A stretch of 63,219 nucleotides of DNA, the filler included, from Chiloscyllium plagiosum (taxonomy: Eukaryota), in NCBI RefSeq assembly GCF_004010195.1. It is 5 parts of one record of this genome, joined end to end, with 100 filler letters (N's around TTAATTAATTAA, not from the genome) between each part and the next. Parts side by side here need not be neighbours in the genome. Positions count along the whole stretch, not along the records: positions 23,105 to 37,290 come from NC_057714.1; 4 more parts are not named here. One strand, 5' to 3'. The notes under the pieces are model-generated. The model saw nothing but the letters and a program-made list of their open reading frames with translations. It was not told the DNA's origin and ran no database searches. Within the stretch, counting starts at the first letter, position 1, and each line of letters begins with the position of its first letter. Positions 24,273 through 37,067 of this stretch are shown here, piece by piece. The translations under genes were made by a program, and so were the position numbers.

Positions 24273-26569
24273 GGAGGCCTTTACATAACTCCAAATATGT
24301 TTTTTTTAACCTTTGTAGTTCCTTAATTCTACCCACACAGATTCTACACCACCTGACTCTACTTCATTTCTTACTATTGATTTAATTTCATTTCTTACTA
24401 ATGCAGACTTCTGCAGAGCTGCCCAAAATGGAAAGTAATAGATACGCTTTATTTAAAAGCTACTGGTGTTTCCCCTGACCTTAAAAACAAAGTTCAAAAT
24501 TTTTAATAGAAACCCTGATACATAATTGCTTGGTCATAAGATTTCCTAATGTATACAAAAAGCCCATTAATTCTGAACGCTACCTCTCTATCAATTTATC
24601 TTACAAGAAATCACCATGGCTACAAAGGTGCATACAAGTTTATTGTAATATCCCTCTCTCACATACCCCATATGTCACTAATCTAAAAAATCTTAAACAT
24701 AAATAATACCAATATATATAGAAATCACATACCTGACATTACAAGGGATTTCTCAGTCGATGCAATGATCTTTAGAGTTGATCTACCCACAGGTGGATTT
24801 TCTCACATAAACTGGAAGCTCAATCAGGTACTTTGGCTGCCTGATCATTTGAAGCTGATTTTCTAAACTGACGACTGGATGATGTGACGGATTCTGATGG
24901 TTCTCCCCTCTCTTCTTTCCTTCTGTGTCAAATAACCAGCAGTTCCTGACACCAGTTTTGCTCACTAGATTGCAAAGTGAATTGCAAAGTCCCACACATT
25001 CTGGCTGGAAAGGAGGAGCCATGGTGATACAATAGCAAGTTAAAGCAGACCACTGACTTTTGATTGCCAAACCATTTAAGATTTGATCTTCCCATTTGTC
25101 CTTTATAAAACATGAAGATAAATTGGTTACAAACCCCATTGTCCATAAGTTTTGGTCCATCTGTAAAAAATGAAATGTGAGAACTTCACAGTGATTGTTC
25201 ATATTTTAATTAAGTATTCACATTAATTGAAGTTTCTGATGTCATATGATGTATTATCATTCATCTTGAAACAGTATTGTGTCAATTTTAAAATTACAGC
25301 TTTAAAATTTGTAATATCTTCATATCTGTGCTAACATGGTACAGTTCCTTTGGAAGGCTTGTAAAATTTCCTGTGATCTACATTCACCATTTTTCTCTTC
25401 ATCAATCTAATCAATAACTTCTTCAAAAAAAAATCTTTAATTGTAAAACATGACTTGCCTTTAACTTTGATGGATGTCTTGGTTTTATCATATCTTTCTA
25501 AATGCTCATTAATTTAGTTTGAATTATGGATTTTAAAAGTTTGTCCAAAAGTGAGGTTGGACTAGTTGATTCACTTTTATTTAGCCTTTGCTCCCTTTTT
25601 GAGTTTTTGTGTCTCACAATTTTTTTAACCCTGAAAAAGAGATCGAATTCAGACTTACTGGGAAATAAAAACAATAAGGATGTTCTGATCTGTAAAAGGT
25701 TATTCAAGACATGGACCTTACTTGAACCAGAGTCTATCTGGCCCTATTGTCATCACGAGGTAATCTTTCAAATAAAGTGCTTCTTCGTTCCCTTGTCCCT
25801 CCCCTGAGAAATGCTAATCGGGAATTCTGCTTTGATAACTGAGAACTCTCTTTCAACAAATATCACATATTATTCATGCTTCTTGGTCATTTGTCAAATA
25901 AATTTGCAATCATTACATTGATTGCCAAGCAAAAAATAAAAGCAAGAGGTCGAATTCAATGGGGCCATCTGCAATACCTGCATAGCCTGAAAAGGACATC
26001 TGACATCATATTGGTTCAGGCATTGTAGAAGTGACTCTGACAGCCACCAAAAACAGGAGTAGCCTCCTTCAATATGTATCAAGAGACCAAACTCATATTT
26101 TTGGGTCCAAACAAGAAACTGGTTTGTCTTGAATGCAGCAGACATATACCAGTCTACGAGTGACTGAACTAATGACATTAGTGCTTCACATTCAACATGC
26201 AATGATCAGGGATCACAGCCCCATTTAGATGCAATTTAACTTATAGGCTTTTGATCCTAAAAGTTATCTCCTTGAGGCCTGCCATCACATGAACATGATT
26301 GGTTGGTTCCAGAATACCACATGATCTTGCTATTTGAAATATTTTGCTATTATATATTTATACTACACAAAGTTACATTAGACTTAATAACTCAATGGAT
26401 GGAAAACAAAGCAATGGCTTCTAAATGATGCAGTCATGATTCTAAAATAGAATTAAAATAAAGAGTATGAAAGTAAAACTGCATTTATATAACACTTTTC
26501 ATTACCAACAAAATCTCAAAGCACTTTGTTTTATAATTTGTTCATGGAATATGGGCCTTGCCATTATTA

Positions 26570-26920
26570 TAGAATCACAGAATCCCTACAGTGTGGAATT
26601 AGGCCATTCAGCCCATCCCAATCCTCCAAACAGCATCCAATCCAGAGCCACATCTACCCTATCCATGTACTTCTGCATTTTCCATAGCTAATCCATCTAT
26701 CTTGTGCATCCCTGAACACTATGGACAATTTATCATGGTCAATCCATCTAACCTGCACATTTTTGGATGTTGGGAGGAACCTGGAGCACCCAGAGGAAAC
26801 CCACGCAGACATGGGGAGAATGTGCAAACTCCAAGCAGTTAGTTGCCCGAGGGTGGAATCGAAACCCAATCCCTGACACTGTGAGGCAGCAGTGTTAACC
26901 ACTGTGCTATCATGCCACCC
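26570..26920 (-). mobile_element. HE1-type V-SINE
   Basis: Reverse complement of tRNA head and V-domain (GGAAACCCACGCAGACATGGGGAGAATGTGCAAACTCCA). Confidence 0.85.
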
Positions 26921-27039
26921 TAGTGGCACTAGGCCAGAATATATTCCTCATCCCTAATTGGCCAGAGGGTCATTGAGAATCAAGGACATTGCTGTGAGGG
27001 TCCAATCACATGTAGGCCAGATCAGCAAGAATAACACCT

Positions 27040-27250
27040 CTGAGTGCTGTAGGATCTTCTTCATCTATCCAAACAGGCACCTCAGGCCTCAGCTCAACCA
27101 AGAGACACACAAGAGACTGAACTCCCAACAGTAAAATGCTCCCTCAGTATCACACCGGAACCTTGATTTTGATACTTAACACTGGAATGAGACTTGAACC
27201 CAGAGCTTTGTAATTTAGAAGTAAGCATGCTATCATTTGAAACATGCTTG
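27040..27250 (-). mobile_element. Old Deu-domain-type SINE remnant (similar remnant at ~49810-50090)
   Basis: CTCCCAACAGTAAAATGCTCCCTCAGTATCACAC...GACTTGAACCCA resembles the AmnSINE1/SacSINE1 core; recognised by eye. Confidence 0.45.
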
Positions 27251-28699
27251 ACACACAATGATGTCTCAGTGTTGTCTGATATCGCATATGCTGGAATCTA
27301 AATGGCACAGCAGGTGATTTTCCCTGCAACCTTCACTCATACTAGCATGGCATAATTGTTATGGTATATATATAAGATCTTTAATCTTCATTCTGTTCTG
27401 TGTAGATATTCCTTTACAGCTGCTCTTTGAGCTACATTTTTAATAATAATAGGTAAGAGGCTGATATATGAAACTAATTTACTATGTGTGGATCTTCAGG
27501 GATAGTGCATTTTCTAGAATCATATCTTGCAGGCAAGTAGTAATCTGCTACTTGGCAGGTTACACACCAGCTGCCTTTATATGTTCCTTAATGCTTTAAG
27601 CCCAAGAAAATACTTTATACTGCATAGACAGAGATCAAATATGCGCTTCAGCCAATGTAGTTGACTTTTTAAAAGATAACCTGTTTAACATTCAGTGATG
27701 ATTTTTTTTTACAGTTAGTTATTTTTGGCAAGCACCAAACAGTTCCACTTTGCATTTCAAATTTGCAGTTATTCAGAGTTCTCAGCCTTAAATTTTGCCT
27801 TTGCGTTCATTAACTCAACCTTTCCCTCCAACATCCATCCTTCAGGTACTGCAGCACATTCTCATGCTGTGAACTCTCTTTAAATTGCTGTTTATCTCCT
27901 GGTGTTCAATTTCATTAGATCCTTAACAATGGTAATGGAAGGGTTAGATCATCAGCAGTGTCTTAATTGAACTTGACGCAGAATCTTCAGAGGTGAAGAC
28001 AGCAACCTAAGATCAATGTCTTATTTGGATAAACTTGCAGAACATTTTATGTGTAGCTTTCTTTCTCTGTAGCAGTGATTTTTCAGTGTTTTTTTTAACT
28101 TTGATTTTGAATCTGATTCCGTTTCATTTGATTTAATTTTGAAAGTTGACAGAAGATTTTCAATTAATTTTCATTAGAATGCATCTATCCAATGCAGCAG
28201 TTCACAAAAATTTGAAGAATTTGTGGCAAATATCTTTTAAAAAATGAAGGTGATTTGTTAACACAAGTAAAGAAAAAGTAACAAGAAAATTATATGGACA
28301 AAACTCTGACAATTAATGGAAAAATGTGAGACTTAATCCTCAATAAGTAAACGCCAAAGGAGAAAAGTCAACGAAAGCCTCCATATTCAGAGAATTGCAT
28401 AAGACTCAAACAAAACAGAAAAATATTGTCAGGAGGGTTGAGGCAAAAACTATGGTGCTGAACATAGGGCAATTGAGTACCAACTAAAATATGGAATCAG
28501 TGTGCAGCATGGAGATGCATATGGACAAGAGGACTGAGTATCCCTTGAGATCCATAAGACTCCACTTTAACATGCTGGATAAAATAAGCTTCAATGTCAT
28601 GAGAAGGCCAAGTTGGGAGTAGATCTTCCTAAAGTAACAGGCTCTACTCTATCTGAGCAGGAGGCTATAACAATTGCCAGTGAGTAGACTGGTTGGGAT

Positions 28700-29040
28700 C
28701 ACAGAATCCAGTGATCACAGTGACCACAGGATCACAGTGCAGAGAGAGGCCATTATGCTCAATGAGTCCACATCAACCATCTGAAGAGCACTTCACTCAC
28801 CCTGAAACCCTGCATTTCCCCTGGCTAATACACCCCGTCTGCATCCATGGACACTAGGGGCAATTTAGCAAGGCCAAACCACTTACCCTGCACATACCCT
28901 GAAACCAGAGCACCCAGAGGAAACCCACACAGTTATGGGGAGAATGTCCATAAAGACAGTTGCCCAAGGGTGGAATTGAACTTGGATCCCTGGTGCTATA
29001 AGGAAACAGTGCTAACCACTGAGACACTGTGTCATACCAT
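28700..29040 (-). mobile_element. HE1-type V-SINE, degraded
   Basis: GGGCAATTTAGCAAGGCC..GGAAACCCACAC..CAGTGCTAACCACTGAG. Confidence 0.75.
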
Positions 29041-29199
29041 GGTTGTGATATTGAGGTTGGTTTATCCTGGCAGAATAATGAGAATTCCTCCAACCGCACA
29101 TTCGGACTTGGGCACACTGGAGACACATGAGACAATGGTGTCCAGACAATCTGAATTGATAATTAATGTGTTTCTTTTTGTTTTCCACTGCCAGCGTTG

Positions 29200-30060
29200 G
29201 GTATTATCATCCTGAGCCAAGGTCATAGCCCATTGTTTGCAGCAATGACTCCAACTCTAAGGGTATGACAATAATGCCCAAAGCACTTCAACACTTAACT
29301 GCAGCTGAGGAGGCTGTAATAGCTGAGGTTTCTGTTAGTGGTTCAGACTGATTCAATTCCCCAGTCCCAAATACAAGCAACTGAATAGAAATGCAAATAT
29401 AGACAGGGGAGATTACCCTGGTTCATCTCTGTGCTGCAATGTAGCTCTTTCACTGGGTTATGGAGATGTCACACTGGTACCATTAGCCATGTTCTGAGGG
29501 AATAGCCTCAAATCAAACCTTATACTTGGGCAGAGGTCTTAAGTAGCCCTTGGAGCTTAGTGATGCATGAAATGTAGGAGACATGAAATCTCCTTGGAAA
29601 ATGAGCACAGACCTACATAAAAGGTTTCCTTCAGTCACAGGCTTGTTGTATGTTAAGGGAGTGACACCGCTTGTGATTCACATGTGAATCTAGCTGTTCC
29701 CATGAAACTCTAAAGATTGCAAAAATGGAGGCAATGCCTTCCGTACTTGTTGGAATCATGCAAAGCCTCTGAGCTGATCTGTTTTAGTGGCCTGGTTATC
29801 AGTATCAGTTGGGATTGAATTAATTTGTAGGCTGGTCTGAACAAGACAGTGATCTGTGTCTTTATGGCACAGCCTGGTATACATCAAACATATGCCTATG
29901 GACCCCTGGAATGAGCTGCTGGTGTTGAAAATCATTGCTGGAGTTACCTTGAGGGCAATTCCCTCGAAAGGTGCAGGTCTAGTTGAAGCAGCATCCCCTG
30001 GTCAGTGACTATTTCCCAAGAAAGGTTAAGCAGTTTCTGTTTAAACACCCTTAGATGTTT
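29200..30060 (-). pseudogene. PIF/Harbinger DNA transposase relic
   Basis: Minus-strand VTPAMIFNTSSSFQGSIG (~29894-29947) and GYSLRTWLMVP (29475-29507) match Harbinger motifs (F.ASGSFQ; GD.GYPL..WLMTP) in the expected order; heavily disrupted. Confidence 0.6.
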
Positions 30061-30129
30061 GAAGGTAATTGGTATGCATTCTCAATATTTACTTATCGAC
30101 AAAGATAATTATCTCTTTCATCCTGACCA

Positions 30130-30510
30130 ACAACTCAACCGGATGTGATCTTACAGCCAATGTCCTTGTTTAGCCATGGCCCCCCTCTCACCTATCTTCC
30201 ACCTCTAGAGTTGGGGCCATCAATTTGCTGGTTAAAAATTTGTCTGTCTCCACATCTACTGTCAAGTCCCCTGAGAAGCTTGTATTTTTCAAAAAGTCAC
30301 TTTTCATTATTCTAATCTCCAGTTAGTACAGGCCCAATTTACTCAGTGTCTCCTTAACAGATCCTCCATACCTGGGGTCAATTTCGTGAATGTTCTCTGG
30401 ACTGCCTCCAATGCCAATATATCTATCCTTAGATTAATATGGTTTAACTAGTGCCTTTTGTAGTCTTAGCAAGACTTCCCTGTTTTTATTCACCATTCCT
30501 GCTTTGGCAG
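30130..30510 (-). mobile_element. CR1 LINE fragment, degraded
   Basis: CGTGAATGTTCTCTGGACTGCCTCCAATGCC block corresponds to the E.VQRRFT motif. Confidence 0.65.
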
Positions 30511-30587
30511 ATGAAACATATAATCTGCGAATGTGAATTTGTCCATTTTTACAGAAAGGTTAGAAAAGCAGTATTGTTTTTAAATAG

Positions 30588-30850
30588 GCATGATGTGGAG
30601 ATGCCAGAGTTGGACTGGGGTAGACAAGGTCAAACATCTAATGGCACCAGATTATAGTCCGACAGGTTTATTCAAAATTGCCATCTTTCGGAGCTCAGCT
30701 CCTTCCTCAGGCATGATATGATAGAAAGGTATTTGACACAGTATTTACAAGCAAAATGTTAACAACTTTAAAACTAGCTGCCCTTGTTGAATTCTTTAAT
30801 CAGTTAGGAGGTAGATTACTGATTAAAATGCAAGATCCAGGTTCCTTTCA
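30588..30850 (-). mobile_element. Penelope-like terminal element (second family)
   Basis: CATGATGTGGAGATGCCAGAGTTGGACTGGGG as at 20637; degenerate hammerhead CTGAGGA-GGAGC/GCTCC-GAAA on the minus strand at ~30684-30711. Confidence 0.7.
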
Positions 30851-30859
30851 AGTCTTTGT

Positions 30860-31620
30860 CCCTCGATAATTAAAAATTTCATCAATGTACAAGAGGCAAT
30901 ATTTAAATGAGAGGCATTGCAGTGTCCTGACACATGAATTATATAAAGGCAGTATGTTAGTATAGCATATGAGGAGGAAGACAAGTGTATGTTGGAAGGG
31001 AATGGAATATAAAAATATGGACATTTTATTAAAGCTGTACAGGACATGGTGAGATGACTTCTGGGGTATGCAGTTTTGATCTCCATATCTGAAAAATACA
31101 TACACACATTTAAACTTTGAAGAAGATTTAAAAGCTCACTCTTTCCTAGAATAAGGGCTTGTCTTATGGAAGTTTTAAGGCCTGGTTACACTTACATTCA
31201 TTGGAGACTTGACAAATGAGATTTTAGAAATGATTATAAGAAGCATGTAAGATCTTGATATGACTGTGAAGGGGACTACAGGAAGGATGTTTGCTCTACT
31301 AAGGGGGACTAACACAAGGAAACATAGATTAAAAATAAGAGGACTCACACACATACACACTCTCTCTCTCTCTTAGATGAGGAGTTTTAATCTCTCAAAT
31401 GTCATTTAAGAGTGAAATTCTCTTCTCCAGAATGTAATGGTCTTTATGTTTACTCAGAGCTGAGATAGATTTTTGATGGATAAGGGAGTCAAGGATTATG
31501 AGGTGCAGACAGGAAAGTGGAGCTTAAACCTTAATCAGATCAGCCGTGATCTTATTACAGCTGGAGCAGACTGGAAGGGTCAAATGTTCTACTCCAGCTC
31601 CTACATTCTGTTTTGTATGA
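30860..31620 (+). mobile_element. CR1 LINE 3' fragment, degraded, with (CA)/(CT) microsatellite
   Basis: Degraded LKLYRT.VR..L.Y..QF.SP region and CR1 3' UTR. Confidence 0.65.
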
Positions 31621-32224
31621 GATGCTTGCTCATCAGAAATGTCTCCTGAAACATCTAACCGATTTCATTCTTCAGAGTTAACACTGATACTTAGAGGCAG
31701 AATAAACCTCAATAGCTAGGGGTCAGTGCATGCTATGAAATGCATTTGTCTGCCCAGCATGCATACCATTGTTGTGACCTCTATGTGGACATCTTTTTTA
31801 TTTTTTGAAAAGACATTTTTCTTCTTGCATTTGTGATGTGTCATTCTTTGGGCACACGTGTTGACTTGTTAGCTAATTTTGATGTGAAAAAACTCTTTCC
31901 ATATATTCAACTGGTTTAGTTTTGGCCTTGTTAAAACAAAACAAGAACTTGATGCACAAACTCATGGAAAAGAAAGACTTTGTGCCATTATACATTTCAT
32001 CCTTTTGGCTGGGGACCTTTGGATTGCTTCTGAAAGCTCAATGTTTTCACTGCTATGTTGTTGGTGTTGTGATATGCAACAATCTGAAGGTAAACAGGCG
32101 CAAAGGTCCTCTAGCTTTGCACATTGTTGCACTTTATCAAATGCCTTTTGGAAGACCATTTACACCACATCACTGGTATCACCCTCATCACCCTAATCAT
32201 ATAACTCAAGTAAGTTTGTTATGT

Positions 32225-32930
32225 AGTCATAGAGAGGTACCGCATGGAAACTGACCCTTTAGTCCAACTTGGCCATGCTGACCAGATATCCTAACTTAAT
32301 CTAGTCCTATTTAGCCCATATCCCTCTAAACCCTTCCTATTCATGCACTCATCCAGATGCTTTTTAAATCTTGTAATTTTACCAGCCTCCACCACTTTCT
32401 CTGGCAGCTCATTCCTTATACACACCACCCTCTGCATGAAAAAGTTGCCCCTTAGGTTGCTTTTATATCTTTCTCCTCTCGCACTAAACCTATGCCCTTT
32501 AGTTCTGGACTCCTCCACCCCAAGGAAAAGACCTTGACTATTCACCCTATCCATGCCCCTCATAATTTTTTAAAAGTCTTTTAAGTCACCCCTCAGCCTC
32601 TGACGCACCAGAGAAAATAGTCCCAGTCTATGCAGCCTCTCCCTACAGCCTGACTTGCCTTTCCAGAATGGAGCACTAATTTAAAATATCTAATTTAAAC
32701 TACATCTGCCACTCCATCACCCATTGGCCCATCTGATCAAGATCACATTGTACTCTAAGGTAACCTTCTTTGCTGTCCACCATACCTCCAATTTTGGTGA
32801 CATCTGCAAACTTACTAACCATACCCCCTATTTTCACATCCAAATCATTTATTTAAATGATGAAAAGTAGTGGACTCAGCACCAACCCTTGTGGCGCACT
32901 GCTGGCCACATGCCTCCAGTCTGAAAAGCC
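32225..32930 (-). mobile_element. CR1 (HER1-like) LINE 3' fragment
   Basis: MRGMDRVNSQGLF..SRTKGHRF..RGNFFMQRVV. Confidence 0.85.
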
Positions 32931-33471
32931 TAATCCAATGGTGGCACTACATTAGCCAACCTCCAGTCTTCTGACATCTCACCTTTGGCTATCAATGATG
33001 CCAATATCTCAGCAAGGGATCCAGCAATCACTTCCCTAATGTTGCCCTCAATAAGTCTATGCTGCATTTGCCTGCATTTTCCCGTCATTATTAATTTTGA
33101 CCTCCATATATTTTCTAAAAGCCAGTTTACAGCACCAATTCAAACACCACTAATTTTATTGATTCCCATGTAACTACTGGGATTAGCATTGCAACATTTT
33201 TTGAAAAATTAACAAGCAATGTTCCAACCTTCTGGCATTATCCTTGTGTCTACAGAAGGTTGGAAGATTATGATCAGTATTTCCACAATTTTCATCCCTT
33301 TCTCCAGCATCTCTCCCTCAATGTCAGCAAAACTAAAGAACTGATCATCAACTTCAGGAAGCAAGGAGGGGGGCACACCCCTATCCAAATCAATGGAACT
33401 GAGGTAGAGATCATTGCCAGCGTCAAGTTCCTAGGGTTGGCGATCACCAACAATTTGTCCTGGAACACCCA

Positions 33472-33572
33472 AGTGTTCCTAATGTAGAGCTTATGTTTGA
33501 AATGTCAACTTTCCTGCTCCTCAGGGATGCTGCCTGACTGGCTGTGCTTTTCCAGTACCACACTTTTTGACT
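33472..33572 (+). mobile_element. Short Penelope-like terminal fragment with 12-bp TSD
   Basis: CTGGAACACCCA at 33460-33471 and 33573-33584. Confidence 0.8.
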
Positions 33573-33736
33573 CTGGAACACCCACACTAGTATGACAGTC
33601 AAGAAGATACAACAGTGCCTCTTCTTCCTCAGAAGGCTAAGGAAACTTCCCATATCCATAAGGACTCTTACCAACTTTATAGATGCGCCATAGAAAACAT
33701 TCTATCTGGGTGCATCACAGCTTAGTATGGCAACTG

Positions 33737-34057
33737 GCGGCACGGTGGCACAGTGGTTAGCACTGCTGCCTCACAGCGCCGGAGACCCGGGTTCAATTCC
33801 CGCCTCAGGCGACTGACTGTGTGGAGTTTGCACGTTCTCCCCGTGTCTGCGTGCGTTTCCTCCGGGTGCTCTGGTTTCCTCCCACAGTCCAAAGATGTGC
33901 TGGTCAGGTGAACTGGCCATGCTAAATTGCCTGTAGTGTTAGGTAAGGGGGAAATGTAGGGGTATGGGTGGGTTGTGCTTCGGCGGGTCGGTGTGGACTT
34001 GTTGGGCCGAAGGGCCTGTTTCCACACTGTAATGTAATGTAATCTAATCTAATCTAA
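33737..34057 (+). mobile_element. Full-length young HE1-type V-SINE
   Basis: Intact A/B boxes, V-domain with CpGs retained, (TAATG)n(TAATC)n tail; AACTG on both sides. Confidence 0.92.
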
Positions 34058-34994
34058 AACTGCTCTGCCCAGAATCGTAAGAAACTACTGAGCCCAGACC
34101 ATCAAACAAACCAACCTTTCATCCACTGACTCCATCTACACTTCTCCCTACCTTGGAAAGGCAGCCAACATCATCAAAGACCTCTCCCACCCAATTATAA
34201 TCGCTTTCAACTCTCTTCAATCAGGCAGTAAATATAAAAGTTTAAACGCATGTGCCAACCAATTCAAGAACAGCTTCTTCCCTGTTGTTATTAGACCTCT
34301 CAAATTTCAAATCTAATGTTGACCTTGCTTTTTGTGCACCTTCTTTGCAGCTGTACTTTTGAATTTCTTGCGCTGTTCAATCATCTTATGATCTTGGTAT
34401 ATTGTGATCTGCCTGTACTGCATGTAAAACAAAACTTTTCACTGTACTTAGGGACATGTGGCAATAATAATTCAAATCAAATTAGTACCCTTGGTTGTAT
34501 CCAATTCTCATGTTTTATGCATTTTCAGTTATAGATAGCCTATCCAAAATCTCATCTTTATCAATGAATTACCTCCTCTTTTACCATTACCTGGAGAATT
34601 TCTGTTCTACTTCAGTAGATATAGTTGTGAAAGCCTTTGTATGAATATTTCCTGACCTCGAGATATATCTAATTCACGAGTTGTTTTTATACTGCTTTGT
34701 TTGACTGACATACCTGTTAGCTTGTAATATATTTGTTTGATATGGTTTTTATGTGACTGTTCAATTACTTTCACAAGATCAAGAGGTGAGAAGTAGATAA
34801 AGTTTAGTATCTTTGATAATATGAGTAGCTGTTTTTGAGTGACATTTTTTGGAATTGTAAATTGAACAGTTTTTTTAGCAGTATTTTCTCAAAGCCTCTT
34901 TACTTATTGTATTAGTTTCATGAACATTTCAAAGACTTGCCAGATTTGCCAAAGGCTCATTGGATCTGTACATAGTGGATATGAGGAGAGTGGA

Positions 34995-36150
34995 TATGGA
35001 ACATAGGAGCAGGAGTGGGTCATCCAGCCCACTGAATCTGCTCTACTATATAATATGATCATGGTCAATCATCCTCTTCAATGTTTTTTTTCCTGCGCTT
35101 CTCCATAATCCTTGATGTCATTTAGAAATCTGTGGAAGCGAATTTCAAATGTTCATAACCCTGTGAGTTAAAAAAAACCTCAACTCGGACCCAATTGGCT
35201 TGGTCCTTAGTTAAAAATTGTCTCCCTTTTGATTCTAAGTTCACCAAAAAGGAGAAACATTTCACTTACCTTTATCCTGTCTATCCTTTGAAGTCATTTG
35301 TAGGTTTCAAGGAGATTATTATCTTTATTTGAAACTCTACAGCGTACAGGCCCTATTTCCATAATCTAACTTCAATTCTGCTGTCCCAGAAACAGGGATG
35401 AATCTATGTGTTTATAAATTGGGATTAAAGCACTTTTAGTGATAGTTATGTGGTTGAAGTTCGATGAGCCAAAGGGCTTTTTCTGCACTAGATGAATCTG
35501 TAAATCTGGTGAACATTCATTGCCTTCGGCAATAATATCCTCCCTAAAGTAAGGGGACCAAAATTGCACCTAATACTCCAGTCTAGTAAGGTACTGAAGA
35601 ACTGAAGCAGGACTTCTCTATACCTGTACTAAAATATCTTTGCTATAAAGGTTAACATGCCATTAGCCTTCCTACTTGCCTATGTACCTCCAGTAACGTA
35701 TTAACGAGAACACCCACGTTCCTTTGCACATCCACAATTTCTAACTTCTTATAATTTACAAAATCCTTTTGCACATTTATTTATCATGTCAAAGTGGGTC
35801 ACTTCACATCTTCCTACATTATATTCTATCTGCCATATTCTTTCCCAAACATGAAGTCTGTCCAAATCTTCTTGAAGCTGCTTTACATGTTCCTCAGAGC
35901 TCAAATTCCCACCTTACTTTGTATCATCCATAAACATCAGAATGTTACATTTGTTTTCCACATTCAAATGATTGCCATATCTTGTGAATATCTGGGACTC
36001 ATGTACTGATCCTTGTGGTAAACCACTGTTTACAGCCTATTGAAAAAATGGTGCCTTGTTTCTTTGTACTATGTTTTCTGCCTGTTAGTCAATCCTTAAT
36101 CTGTGCTAATATATTACCTCCTATTCCCAGACTTTAACTTTATTAACCAA
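34995..36150 (-). mobile_element. CR1 LINE 3' part, degraded
   Basis: QFWSPYFREDII motif; collinear with 19133-20230. Confidence 0.75.
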
Positions 36151-36499
36151 CAAACTCCACTGGAAGTCACTGAAAGCCAACTACAGCAAACTTTGTTTTA
36201 ACTGGCATCTTATGAACCAGTCTTGAAAATCGGCTGAAATTATATCCCTGAAATAATGTAAATCTACTGTATTATCGTGATCCCTGCAATGTAGCAATAA
36301 TCAGTTAAGGATGCAAGTGAGAAGGCTCTCTGCAGATAAGTTTTATTTAAGGAAAAGTTGCATTATTATTTAAGTGATTTGTGCTGTAAATAAATTATGA
36401 CAGTGACGTGTATACCTTTTGCATTGTGTTACTTATACTTAGTGTGTGTTTTTACATCCATTATGTGGGCTTCTTGGTTTTCCAGAATTTTTAAATTAT

Positions 36500-36826
36500 A
36501 ATTCATTCATAGGATAAGGGAGGTATCCAGGCTGGCATTTATTGTCTATCCCTAATTTCCCAGAGGGCAGTTAAGGGTCAACCACATTACTGTGGCTCTG
36601 GATTCACGTGTAGGCCAGATGAAGTATGGATGGCTGTATCCTTCCCTAAAAGATGTTAATGAACCAGATTGGTTTTTCCAACAGTTGAGTCACGGTCATG
36701 ATTGGACTCTTAATTTCCAGAGATCCACCCTCTGCCGTGACAGGATTCAAACCTGGGTTCTCAGAACATTGCCCATGTCTCTGGATTAGCAGCTTAGTGA
36801 TAATATCACCAGGTCATAGCCTCCCC
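36500..36826 (-). mobile_element. tRNA-derived SINE (family of 60788-61117)
   Basis: Shared GGCATTTATTGTCTATCCCTAATT..GGCAGTTAAG block and B-box. Confidence 0.75.
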
Positions 36827-37067
36827 TGTTTGACCAACCAGTGAACTGCCAGTTAATAAAACATTTGCTGTATTCTATACCGACAAGCCTCACTTTTATT
36901 GATTCTGTGAGTAACATACTAAAAACACTCAGTAGTTAACCAAACATGATTTCCAATTCACAAATCCATGCTCACCATGCCCAATCAAATAATTATTAGC
37001 CAAAAGTCCATTAATCACATTCTTTATAAGAGGTTATAGAATTTTTGCAACTACAGAAGTAAAGCTA

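Larger units (their letters stand above)
19133..24400 (-). mobile_element. Older CR1 LINE (endonuclease + RT + 3' UTR), interrupted by a PLE (20639-20939) and a younger CR1 (21963-24272)
   Basis: ORF fragments IIGDFN..EPTREQAILDLVMCN (APE endonuclease), NYKPISLTSVMGKILE..QHGFIKG..YLDFKKAF (RT), LYKALVRPHLKYCVQFW; sequence CTACTGTTTG|GAGGCC resumes across the younger insert. Confidence 0.9.
33308..34485 (+). mobile_element. Rex1/Babar LINE 3' fragment hosting two later insertions
   Basis: LSLNVSKTKELIINFRK..VKFLGLAITNNLSW; KKIQQCLFFLRRLRK; FKNSFFP; ends AATAATAATTCAAATCAAAT. Confidence 0.8.

Noticed and set aside
24783..25202. 139-aa minus-strand ORF
   Set aside because: No recognisable motif and no convincing splice signals; consistent with chance.
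33737..33810. tRNA gene
   Set aside because: A and B boxes belong to the tRNA-derived head of an HE1 SINE and continue into the V-domain and LINE tail.
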